From contig CBDATQ010000001.1 of the NCBI GenBank assembly GCA_965199955.1, positions 1,419,897 through 1,483,896 of the forward strand: a DNA stretch of 64,000 nucleotides. The letters run 5' to 3'. The translations under genes and the position numbers were made by a program. The notes beneath the pieces were generated by a model. That model ran no database searches and had not been told where the DNA came from. It saw only the letters and a list, made by a program, of their open reading frames with translations. This DNA comes from Spirochaetia bacterium (GTDB lineage: Bacteria; Spirochaetota; Spirochaetia; SZUA-6; Bin103). Every line of letters starts with the position of its first letter. Positions within the stretch are counted from its first letter, which is position 1. Positions 26,759 through 35,597 of the stretch are shown piece by piece.

Positions 26759-28861
26759 GTGCATGACGACAGGAACGACACCCCGGTGGTCCTCGATAGC
26801 CCGGAGCTGCAAGTAGAGCTGGATCCGAACCTGCCGCTGGTGAGGGGGTATCGCCACCTCCCGACCGGCCGCGCCTTCGGAGGCAGTCACGACGGGACGC
26901 TGCGCGTGAACGGAGCCGAGTTCCGCATGAGCGACCTGGAGATCGAGCCGCGCGCCATCCCCGACGGCCGCTGCTACGGCGTCTCGGTTCCCGAGCAGCG
27001 GATCGCGTTCGAGCTGGCTTTTACGCTTGCCGGTGCCACGCTGTCGCTGAGGATGCAGGACATCGACGACGAGCGCACGCCGCTTGCGAGCCTGCAGTGG
27101 GTGGACAGTCCCCTGCTGGTCTGCGACGCCCCGGCGCTCCGCTTCTTTCGCATGTTCACGACCGAGCCCGACCAGAAAGCGATGGGCAAGATGTGGCTCC
27201 GCGACGCCGACGGCGCCGTTCGCGACGCGCCGGACGAGGCCGAGCCGGTGCCGCTGATCTACGGCGCGCTCTACCAGCCGGAATCGGTCTGCGCGTTCCT
27301 GCACTCCAACTACCCGTTGTTTCCGCAGTCCCATCGGATCACCGCAGGGCGGTGCGAGATTCACCTGGGCGATTACCGGCATCGGGTGCGCGACCGCGTG
27401 GTGCCGCCGCTGGAGGCTGACATCGTCTTCCTGGGCGATATCAATCAGGACGGGAGGGTGGACGCCAGCGACTACCGCCTGTGGCTCAACCGCCGGCTGC
27501 CCGACGGCGATTCCGTGTATCGGACGTCGCTCTGGTACAAGATCCTCTGCGACATGAGCGGCCACTATCCCAAGGTGGGCGTGACCGCGACGATCGAGGA
27601 GTCCGAGCGGATCATCCGCTCGATCCATCACGTGACCGACGGCCTCCCGCAGGCCGTCTTCATGACCAACTGGAACGCCCAGCAGCCCGAAGCCGCGTAC
27701 CCGGCGCTCGACCTGTACAACCACAACATCGGCACCCCGGAGGAGCTGCGCGCGCTGGCGGCGACCTGCAAGGAGCTGGGCGGACTGCTCAGCTACCACA
27801 CGAACATCGACGATGCCCACCTCACCAGCAAGGACTATGACGAGGCGCTCCTGGGCCGCCGCTACGATCCGCACGGCACGGTGTGGGACGAGAACGGCGA
27901 GGCCTGGGACGAATCGGTCATTGCCGGCATATCCCACACCCGCGACGTGGAGAGCGGGGCGATCTTCCGCCGCCTGGAGGCGATGATGCGGGTGATCCCG
28001 GTGGAGCGGACGATCCACATGGACAACATCCGGCTTACCAACTGCGACCCGGACGCCGACCCGGACGACATCGGCGTCACCGAGGAGCTGGTGTGCGGCA
28101 TGCTGCCGATCGTGGAGTGGCTCCGCGACCGCGGCATCAGCGTGTCGGGTGAGGGCTACAACGGCCTGCCGATCGACCCGACGCTGCTGAACGCCGCGTT
28201 CTGGCACCACGACGCGAGCGACCTCTCGCGGCAGATCTTCCACCGCAAGGTGATGGGCGGCGGGCGCGGCGACCACTACGGCGGCGCGACGACCATGGAC
28301 TACGGTATCTGCAAGTCCATCCACCAGGACATCACGTACCGCCCGGTCAGCGTCTCCGCGCTCGGCAAGGAGACGTACCTGGAGTACTTCCCGTGGCTGC
28401 ATGACCACGAGCGGGCGACCCTGTCGTTCCTGGAAAATTGGGACCTGATCGTGGATCGGATCTACCGGGGATCGCTGCTCAACCTCTTCTACCTGGAGCG
28501 GGAGATGCTGTCGTGGGACAGAGTGGGTGACGGCGCCCGGGTCCGTTATGCGGGCGGCGTGGAAGCGCAGGTGTGCATCGACGGGCCGGATCACCTGCGT
28601 GTGACCTGGGGCGACGTGGTGGTCGCCGATGGCGATGACCGGTTCGTGCCGCTCGGCGACGGCGTGTACTGCTACAGCCTGCTCGGCGGACGCCGCGACT
28701 GGACGCTGCCGCCGGGGCTTCGCGGGCGGAAATTGGCGCTCTACAGCCTGAGCGCCGACGGGCGGGGACCGGCGCCCGAGCACGCGGTGGACAGGGATTA
28801 CCTGACCCTGACGCTGGCCGCCGGTGTTCCGGTCAAGGTGACCGCCGCCGGATCCGCCTGA
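26759..28861 (+). CDS. uncharacterised 700-aa protein, paralog C of the same family
   Basis: GTG start with SD AGGAGG 10 nt upstream (an alternative ATG is at 26711); aligns with paralogs A and B including the EF-hand-like loop DINQDGRVDASD; its stop overlaps the start of the downstream GH32 (TGATG). Confidence 0.75.
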   Translation: MHDDRNDTPVVLDSPELQVELDPNLPLVRGYRHLPTGRAFGGSHDGTLRVNGAEFRMSDLEIEPRAIPDGRCYGVSVPEQRIAFELAFTLAGATLSLRMQDIDDERTPLASLQWVDSPLLVCDAPALRFFRMFTTEPDQKAMGKMWLRDADGAVRDAPDEAEPVPLIYGALYQPESVCAFLHSNYPLFPQSHRITAGRCEIHLGDYRHRVRDRVVPPLEADIVFLGDINQDGRVDASDYRLWLNRRLPDGDSVYRTSLWYKILCDMSGHYPKVGVTATIEESERIIRSIHHVTDGLPQAVFMTNWNAQQPEAAYPALDLYNHNIGTPEELRALAATCKELGGLLSYHTNIDDAHLTSKDYDEALLGRRYDPHGTVWDENGEAWDESVIAGISHTRDVESGAIFRRLEAMMRVIPVERTIHMDNIRLTNCDPDADPDDIGVTEELVCGMLPIVEWLRDRGISVSGEGYNGLPIDPTLLNAAFWHHDASDLSRQIFHRKVMGGGRGDHYGGATTMDYGICKSIHQDITYRPVSVSALGKETYLEYFPWLHDHERATLSFLENWDLIVDRIYRGSLLNLFYLEREMLSWDRVGDGARVRYAGGVEAQVCIDGPDHLRVTWGDVVVADGDDRFVPLGDGVYCYSLLGGRRDWTLPPGLRGRKLALYSLSADGRGPAPEHAVDRDYLTLTLAAGVPVKVTAAGSA

Positions 28862-30201
28862 TGGCGACTCGGGCGGGCGGCGTCCCGGTCCCGGCCAATC
28901 CCAGCTCGCCGCTGCACTTCCGGCCCGCGCGCGGCAGGATATGCGACACCATCCCGTTCTTCGACGACGGCGAATACCACATCTTCTACATCCGCTGTGA
29001 CACCGAGGGCGGGTTGCCGTGGGACCACATCGTCTCCCGCGACCTCGTGCACTGGCACGAGCTGCCCACCGCCCTGGAGCGGGATCCGAACGACCCGCAC
29101 GGCCCGGACGGACGGGACATGTTCACCGGTTGCGTCGTCGAGTACGACGGCGTGTTCCACATCTTCTACACCGGCCACAACCCGGTGAACCCCGACGGCG
29201 CCGAGATCATCTGCCACGCCACCAGCGACGATCTGGTGACCTGGCACAAGCACCGCGAGCACTGCTTCGCCCCGGACGGCGCCGTCTACCATCCGTGCGA
29301 CTTCCGCGATCCGTTCGTGTTCCGGCACGAGGAGTCCGGTGAGTGGTGGATGCTGCTGTGCGCCGGGTTGGCCGGCTCGGACTGCTCCGGCATCGGCCGG
29401 CTGGTATCGACCGACCTGGTGTCCTGGAAGCCGGCGGAGCCGCTACTGCTCGACCCGCCGTTGCTGGAGGGCGAGACCGGAGCACCCGAGTGCCCGGACC
29501 TGTTCCGCATCGGCGACTACTGGCATCTGCTCTACACGCGGCGGGGGCAGAACATCCGCCGCGCGCGCCACGTCGACGGACCCTTCATGCACGGGGTTCC
29601 GTCCCAGCTCGACAACACCCTGCTGCTGGCCGGAAAGCGCCTGTTCGACGGCACGCGCCACATCTACTTCGGTCCGCTGTTCGGAGACCACAACGATTCG
29701 GTGATGAACCTCCCGCGCGAGCTCTTCCAGGGCGACGACGGCCATCTGCGCGTTCGTCCGGTCCGGGAAGTGGTGGACTTCTTCGTCGCAGTCGTCCACG
29801 AGTCGGCGGACGGCGGTTTCGACCTGCCTGCAACCGGCTATCGTTGCCCGGTGCCCGCGGACTGCCTGGTGCGGTGCTCGGTCGAGCTCGCGGAGGACAC
29901 AACCCTCACCATCGGCCTGCGCGCCGACGCCGACGGCAGCGGCGGCATCCCGGTCACGGTCCATGCCGGCCGCCGTTCGCTGGAGATCGGCCCGTACCAC
30001 CGGAGCTGGGGCGACGCCGCGCTGCCGGTTATCACGTTGCAGATCTTCGTGCTCGGCACGGTCATCGAGTGCTTTCTCGACGACCGCCTGGCCATGGTCG
30101 GGCGCACCTACGAACGAAGCGGCGGCTACCTGTCGATCGCCAGCCACGGAGGCGCGGCCCGAGTGCTCGCGCTTGAGGTACGCGAAGCGCCCGACGCGTG
30201 A
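28861..30201 (+). CDS. glycoside hydrolase family 32 (short, 446 aa), intracellular
   Basis: catalytic blocks FFDDGEYHIFY, SRDLVHWHELP, FRDPFVF, ECPDLF. Confidence 0.85.
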   Translation: MATRAGGVPVPANPSSPLHFRPARGRICDTIPFFDDGEYHIFYIRCDTEGGLPWDHIVSRDLVHWHELPTALERDPNDPHGPDGRDMFTGCVVEYDGVFHIFYTGHNPVNPDGAEIICHATSDDLVTWHKHREHCFAPDGAVYHPCDFRDPFVFRHEESGEWWMLLCAGLAGSDCSGIGRLVSTDLVSWKPAEPLLLDPPLLEGETGAPECPDLFRIGDYWHLLYTRRGQNIRRARHVDGPFMHGVPSQLDNTLLLAGKRLFDGTRHIYFGPLFGDHNDSVMNLPRELFQGDDGHLRVRPVREVVDFFVAVVHESADGGFDLPATGYRCPVPADCLVRCSVELAEDTTLTIGLRADADGSGGIPVTVHAGRRSLEIGPYHRSWGDAALPVITLQIFVLGTVIECFLDDRLAMVGRTYERSGGYLSIASHGGAARVLALEVREAPDA

Positions 30202-30587
30202 GCGTCCCGCGGAATCGCCGAGCGGCCTCCCCGGCGGTGCGGCTCGCAGCGAGCGTTCAAAGTCGAGCTATTCGCTCTGCAACAGCCTCCTGACCGGTGC
30301 GACCCCCGCGGTTCGGTGCCACGCTCGCGCAGACATGAGCCCCACGAGTCGAGGTAGTCCTTGAACGACGGATCTGCGTTCGGGTCCCAGTGGTTCAGGT
30401 GGCCGCAATCCCGCCAGACGGTTGGGTCCGCTTGGAACGAGTCCAGCAGTGCGACGGCGACCGTCCCGCACAGATCGCGCTCATAGGGATTTGCTTCCAG
30501 TCTCGGGCCGGCTTCCGTAAACCACTCGGGAAGACGGTCGCGGCTGATCCGAGGATATCGTGCTGCGGTACGCTCGGCGTACGTCAT
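30126..30587 (-). CDS. hypothetical small protein (about 150 aa) in a lower-GC3 patch
   Basis: ORF from the ATG at 30587; the first ~90 codons are protein-like (MTYAERTAARYPRISRDRLPEWFTEAGPRLEANPYERDLCGTVAVALLDSFQADPTVWRDCGHLNHWDPN), the tail is low complexity; weak SD. Confidence 0.25.
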   Translation of the reverse strand: MTYAERTAARYPRISRDRLPEWFTEAGPRLEANPYERDLCGTVAVALLDSFQADPTVWRDCGHLNHWDPNADPSFKDYLDSWGSCLRERGTEPRGSHRSGGCCRANSSTLNARCEPHRRGGRSAIPRDAHASGASRTSSASTRAAPPWLAIDR

Positions 30588-30657
30588 CCTAACCCGGCCG
30601 GCCGTGCTACCGTGCGCGCTATCGCCCGTCATGGGCGGAACCAGGCGAGGGGAGATC

Positions 30658-31479
30658 ATGCCGCGAGTGAGCGTTGACGAGGCGATCCGGCGGGTCGCCG
30701 TCGAGGGCTGGTGCGTCCTGGACTCGGTGATCCCGCCGGGCGAGGTGGACGGCGTGCGCGACGCCGTGCTTGCCGTGTCGCGGCGGGAGCGGGACGCGGA
30801 CAAGCCGCGCATCGGCATCGGCGGGCTGATCGCCAAGACGCAGGCGTTCGCGCCGTACGTCGCCGAGGAGCGGCTGCTCGGCGTGGCCCACGCGCGGCTC
30901 GGCACGCCGGTGCGCATCTCGATGACACACGGCATCGTCACCGCGCCCGGCTACGGCCGCGCCAACTGGCACGGCGACTGGCCGTTCAGCCTGCGGCAGG
31001 ACCAGAAGGTCCTGCACCCGTACCCGATCGACGCGCCGATGCACATCACCACCCTCTGGGCGCTCACCGAGTTCAGCGCCGCCACCGGCGGCACCGCGAT
31101 CGTCCCGGGCAGCCACCGCTTCGGGAACAATCCTTCGGGCGACAACGGCTACGGCGAGCACGCGCCGGTTCCGTCGGAGCTGCAGCCGCACATGGACCCG
31201 GGCGACGTGCTGATGATCGACAGCCGCGTCTGGCACACGAACGGCGACAACATCAGCGACCGCACGCGCGTCGGCATGGCGGTCCGCTATGCGCCGTGGT
31301 GGTACAACATCCACGTGCTGACCGCCGGCATCCGCCAGTACGAGGAGACGGCGGCCGAACGCGGACTGCGCGCCGACGACGTGATCCCGATCACGCCCGA
31401 GCAGTACGAGTCGCTGCCGGACGCGGTCAAGCCGTTGCTGCGCCACATCGTCGTCGGCCAGAAGGTCCGGGCGGCATGA
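30658..31479 (+). CDS. PhyH-family Fe(II)/2OG dioxygenase, paralog 1 of a tandem pair
   Basis: about 273 aa from MPRVSVDEAIRRV; HxD motif NWHGDWPF; second His in PGSHRF. Confidence 0.75.
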   Translation: MPRVSVDEAIRRVAVEGWCVLDSVIPPGEVDGVRDAVLAVSRRERDADKPRIGIGGLIAKTQAFAPYVAEERLLGVAHARLGTPVRISMTHGIVTAPGYGRANWHGDWPFSLRQDQKVLHPYPIDAPMHITTLWALTEFSAATGGTAIVPGSHRFGNNPSGDNGYGEHAPVPSELQPHMDPGDVLMIDSRVWHTNGDNISDRTRVGMAVRYAPWWYNIHVLTAGIRQYEETAAERGLRADDVIPITPEQYESLPDAVKPLLRHIVVGQKVRAA

Positions 31480-32315
31480 GTGACACCGCCGTCGCCCACA
31501 CCGTCGGCGCCGAGGAGGCGCTCCGCCGCGTGCGGACCGAGGGCTGGTGCGTGATCGACGGCGTCATTCCGCAGGACGAGCTGGCCGAGGTGGTCGGCAG
31601 CGTCTCCGCCACCCTGGGCGGCCGTTCCGAGTTGCGCGGCCTGATCGCCTGCGACAGCTCGTTCGCGCCCTACTTGGTCGACGAGCGGCTCACTGCGATC
31701 GCCGAGGGAATGTTCGGCCCCGCGTCGCGCATCGCCAGAACTGACGCCTTCGCGGCCGAGCCCTGCGCCGCCTACAGCGGCTGGCACGCCGACTGGCCGT
31801 TCTCCGGCGACGACAGCTATCGGGTGGCCGTGCCGTACGGTGACCTGGCCATGGCGGTGACCACCCTCTGGATGCTCACCGATTCTCCCGCGGGCGCAGG
31901 CGCCACGGTGATCGCCTCCGGCAGCCACCGCACGCACGACAACCCGGCCGTCGCGCCCGGTTACGCCGCCGACGCGGAGATCGCTTCGCAGATGCTCCCG
32001 GAGGTCCCAGCCGGCAGCGTGCTGGCGTTCGACAGCCGCCTGTGGCACCGGACCACAGCCAACACGGGTGCCGAACGGCGTTTGTGGCTCGACATCCAGT
32101 ACGTGCCATGGTGGCTGGACGTCACCAGCATGATTCCCGGGCTCGCGGACTACGAGACGCGCGCCGAGGGGCTCGCCTACCGGCCCGTGGAGATCCGCCC
32201 GCTTGACGAGGCTTCCTTCGGGGCACTGCCGGACGAGGTGAAGCCGCTGTTCGACCACCTGCTCCTCGATCAGGGGGTGATCGCCTGGCATCCGGACGCA
32301 CCGGCGTCCTCCTGA
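31476..32315 (+). CDS. PhyH-family Fe(II)/2OG dioxygenase, paralog 2
   Basis: 279 aa from MSDTAVAH; the ATG overlaps the upstream stop (ATGA); motifs GWHADWPF and SGSHRTH; collinear similarity to paralog 1. Confidence 0.75.
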   Translation: MSDTAVAHTVGAEEALRRVRTEGWCVIDGVIPQDELAEVVGSVSATLGGRSELRGLIACDSSFAPYLVDERLTAIAEGMFGPASRIARTDAFAAEPCAAYSGWHADWPFSGDDSYRVAVPYGDLAMAVTTLWMLTDSPAGAGATVIASGSHRTHDNPAVAPGYAADAEIASQMLPEVPAGSVLAFDSRLWHRTTANTGAERRLWLDIQYVPWWLDVTSMIPGLADYETRAEGLAYRPVEIRPLDEASFGALPDEVKPLFDHLLLDQGVIAWHPDAPASS

Positions 32316-32375
32316 AGTCGACGCATCGGGGACTGAACGAACCGGTGGACCGAAAACGGTCCTCCTCTGCCACCG

Positions 32376-33551
32376 TCACAGCCGCCCAGAGGCGGCAGCG
32401 CGGTCCAGGCGCCACACGTCCCCCGGACGCCACGCACTCTCCACGCGGTGAGTGAAGTCCCGCTTGCTCAGCTCTACCTGCTCCGCCGAGATGGTTACCG
32501 CGCTTCCCGCGGCGAGAAACAGTGCATCCCGGTGGACGTGAACGGCACATGCGTGGCGCCGGCTCCAGGGCGTGGCTGTCAGTTCCTCCCATCGTTCGCC
32601 GTCCGCGGAATACCACACGTCATTGCGATTGCCGTCGGTCCAAACCTCAGCCGGGTGGTCCGCCACTCCTCGGTGTCCGCCTAACACCCAAAGCTTGCCG
32701 TCCCACGCCGCGGTATCGTGATAGGACCGTGCCGGCCAGGGAGCTTCTCCCTCCGCAAGGTGACGGGCCCATTCGTGTCCGTCTGCCGACGACCACACAT
32801 CGTTGTGGTACAGGCGTGCCTTCAGTCGTGGCTGCTGCTCCAGGTCGTAGCGCAGTGAGCTCAGCGTGGTCCCGCCCGTCCCGACGTATCCCCCGCCCAA
32901 GATCCACATTCGATCGTGGAGCACGGCAACGCCGCCATTCGCGCCGGTGATCATGCCCCTGGGGGCCCACGGCGCGCTGTCCGTCACCAGCTCCCAGCTC
33001 AGACCGTCCTGCGTCCGCCAGACGTCGCGCAACGGTGGACGCGCCGGCGGAAAGGGTTTCCCGGCCTTCAGGTCCGCCACGAAGTTGGTCTGAGCGGGTA
33101 CGCTGGCCTGGCCACCCATGACCCAGATCGAGCCGTCGAAGACGGTGACCATCTGGTTGCTGCGCTCCTGCCAAGGTACGGTTGACGCGACGAGTTCCCA
33201 ATTCACGCCATCGTTGGATTTCCACACGTCGTCGGGGGTCCCGCCCTCGGCCCCGACAATCCAGATGTGATCATCGTGCGCGACGGCCCCGTGCATGTGC
33301 CGCCCGCTCCATGGCGCGGTGGCCGCCAACGACCAGCTTCCACCATCGTCATCCGAGCACCACACCTCCGAGCACACTTCCGACTCGAAAGAGCCGGCGC
33401 CGGCGCCGGCGAGATCGGGCCTCGCGCCCGCGTACTGGTTCCATCCACCCAGGAGAAAGAGCTTGTCCCGGAAGGAGACGAGCTGTGCCCCGTCGCGAGG
33501 CGCCCATGGCACCTCCGCGCTCACACAATTCCAACGGTATGCGGTGCTCAT
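32376..33551 (-). CDS. Kelch-repeat beta-propeller protein (NanM/mutarotase-like architecture), cytoplasmic
   Basis: repeated ...LGG...W / HxxxW kelch blades (LFLLGGWNQY, IWIVGAEGG, IWVMGGQAS, MWILGGGYVG, LWVLGGHRG); start at the ATG preceded by GAGGAG. Confidence 0.7.
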   Translation of the reverse strand: MSTAYRWNCVSAEVPWAPRDGAQLVSFRDKLFLLGGWNQYAGARPDLAGAGAGSFESEVCSEVWCSDDDGGSWSLAATAPWSGRHMHGAVAHDDHIWIVGAEGGTPDDVWKSNDGVNWELVASTVPWQERSNQMVTVFDGSIWVMGGQASVPAQTNFVADLKAGKPFPPARPPLRDVWRTQDGLSWELVTDSAPWAPRGMITGANGGVAVLHDRMWILGGGYVGTGGTTLSSLRYDLEQQPRLKARLYHNDVWSSADGHEWARHLAEGEAPWPARSYHDTAAWDGKLWVLGGHRGVADHPAEVWTDGNRNDVWYSADGERWEELTATPWSRRHACAVHVHRDALFLAAGSAVTISAEQVELSKRDFTHRVESAWRPGDVWRLDRAAASGRL

Positions 33552-33749
33552 CGGTTCTCCTCGATCCAGCTTGAGCACCGACTCGGAGGTCGTGTCAATG
33601 GGTGCGTATCGCTTCGCCGCGTCGGTCCGTACCCGCAGCGCCGCGAACGGGGACTCGATCACGTCGTTCGTCCGCAGGTGCCGCCGGTCCGTTCGTCCAG
33701 TTCGTGCAGCCGCCGTACCTTCTGGCTGGCGGGAGCCGTGGAGGGAACG

Positions 33750-35597
33750 ATGAAGGTGGTGACGTTCGCGCGCTTCATCGCGCGCGGGATCGCGCTGAGC
33801 TGTCAGGCGGGCAAGGCGCTGTTCCTTGCCAGCACGCTCACATCGGTGGTGGGGGCGGTCATCGTGCCCCTGCAGATCGTGCTGCTGGCCACGACCATAG
33901 ATCTGGTCCCAAGCGTGGCCGGCTCCGGGTCGGCCGGTGAGGCGCTGCAAGCGCTCGCGTTGCCGCTGGCCGGCATGGCGCTCCTGTGGTTGCTGGGAGG
34001 CATGCTGGCACCAGTCAGCGAGTCATGCAGCCGCGCGTTCTACGTCAAGCTGGGGAATCATGTCCAGGGCCAGCTTCTGCGCAAGGCGGCATCGCTGGAT
34101 CTGGCGCTGTTCGACGATCAGCGCTTTTACAACAAGCTGGAGATAGCCCATCGGGATCACCGGCGCGCCGGCGACATGCCGGTCGCTCTGACGTATTCCC
34201 TGCGTTCATGGATCACGCTGGTGTCGGTGCTGGGGCTGCTGGCCATGTTCACGCCCTGGGCCGTGCTCATCCTGAGTGCTACCGTAGTGCCAGAGCTCCT
34301 GTTCCGAGGGCGGATCACCGGTCAGTTGTACGTGATGTGGAACACTCAGGCGCCGATCCAGAGGCTGTGCCACTACATCGCGTCGCTGCTTGTGGATCGA
34401 GTGCCGGCCAAGGAGACCCGCCTGTTCGGATTGGGGGCATCGCTGATCGAGCGTTACCGCCGGGCCCGGGTCGACCTGTATCGGCAGGAGCGGCGCATCC
34501 TGGGTGTCGAGGTCCGCGGCTTGGGCCTTCTGGGCTTGCTGTCGGTGGCGGGTACCGTGGCGATCTGGATCTGGGCCGCCGTCGATGCGGTCAGCGGCGC
34601 GGTCGCGCTCGGCACGCTGGTGCTGGTGTTCCAGTCTGCTGACAAGGCGCGAGGTCAACTCCAGGATGCCGCCCGGGGAGCCGGCATGCTGGTCGAGAGC
34701 CGGCTGCACGCGCAGAGCTATTTCGACTTCATGGACCTGAACCCCGGCGACTATGCCGGCTCGCTGCGACCGGCGGCGCGGCAGGTGGCCGCGCCGTCCT
34801 CCGTGAGTGACGGCCTCGAACTGACCGGCGTGTCCTTCGAGTATCCTGGGACGGAACGGCCGGTATTGCGGAACCTCAACCTCCGGTTGCGCGCAGGCGA
34901 GCGCGTGGCGATCGTGGGCGAGAACGGGGCAGGCAAGACCACCCTGGTGAAGCTGCTCACGCGCCTGTATGACCCGACGGGCGGCAGCATCGAGCTCGAC
35001 GGCGTCGATTACCGCGACTACGACGTCTCCGGGTTGCGGAAGCTCTTCGGCGTTGCGTTCCAGGACTACGCTCAATTTCATCTCACCGCACGCGAGAACG
35101 TCGGCTTCGGCGACATCGAGCGGGTGGACGACACCGAAGCGATCATGGAAGCCGTCCGCAGCGCGGCGGCGCAGGAGATGGTCGAGCAGTTGCCGAGCGG
35201 GCTCGACACCATGCTGGGCCGGACGCTGGGCGAAGGCACGGACCTGTCCGGCGGACAGTGGCAGAAACTGGCGCTGGCCCGCGCCTTCTTTCGCGACGGG
35301 GCCGTGCTGATCCTGGACGAGCCGACCGCCGCGCTCGACGCGCGTGCCGAGCACGAGCTGTTCGACCACATCCTGGCGGAGAGCCGCGGGCGCACCACGA
35401 TCATCATCTCGCACCGTTTCTCGACAGTGCGTAGCGCCGACCGTATTCTCGTGCTCCATGAAGGGGAGATCGTCGAGGACGGCGATCACGCCGGCCTGAT
35501 GGAGCGCAACGGCCGCTACGCCGAGATGTTCCGCCTGCAGGCCAGCCGCTACACCGATCCGCCTGCCGAGCAGGAAGAGGAACCGGGGGAGGAGTGA
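33750..35597 (+). CDS. ABC exporter, fused permease/ATP-binding protein (type I exporter, MsbA-like)
   Basis: 615 aa; N-terminal 6-TM domain; Walker A GENGAGKTT, signature LSGGQWQKLALARAF, Walker B ILDEPTAALD; SD GGAGGG upstream of the 33750 ATG. Confidence 0.85.
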   Translation: MKVVTFARFIARGIALSCQAGKALFLASTLTSVVGAVIVPLQIVLLATTIDLVPSVAGSGSAGEALQALALPLAGMALLWLLGGMLAPVSESCSRAFYVKLGNHVQGQLLRKAASLDLALFDDQRFYNKLEIAHRDHRRAGDMPVALTYSLRSWITLVSVLGLLAMFTPWAVLILSATVVPELLFRGRITGQLYVMWNTQAPIQRLCHYIASLLVDRVPAKETRLFGLGASLIERYRRARVDLYRQERRILGVEVRGLGLLGLLSVAGTVAIWIWAAVDAVSGAVALGTLVLVFQSADKARGQLQDAARGAGMLVESRLHAQSYFDFMDLNPGDYAGSLRPAARQVAAPSSVSDGLELTGVSFEYPGTERPVLRNLNLRLRAGERVAIVGENGAGKTTLVKLLTRLYDPTGGSIELDGVDYRDYDVSGLRKLFGVAFQDYAQFHLTARENVGFGDIERVDDTEAIMEAVRSAAAQEMVEQLPSGLDTMLGRTLGEGTDLSGGQWQKLALARAFFRDGAVLILDEPTAALDARAEHELFDHILAESRGRTTIIISHRFSTVRSADRILVLHEGEIVEDGDHAGLMERNGRYAEMFRLQASRYTDPPAEQEEEPGEE

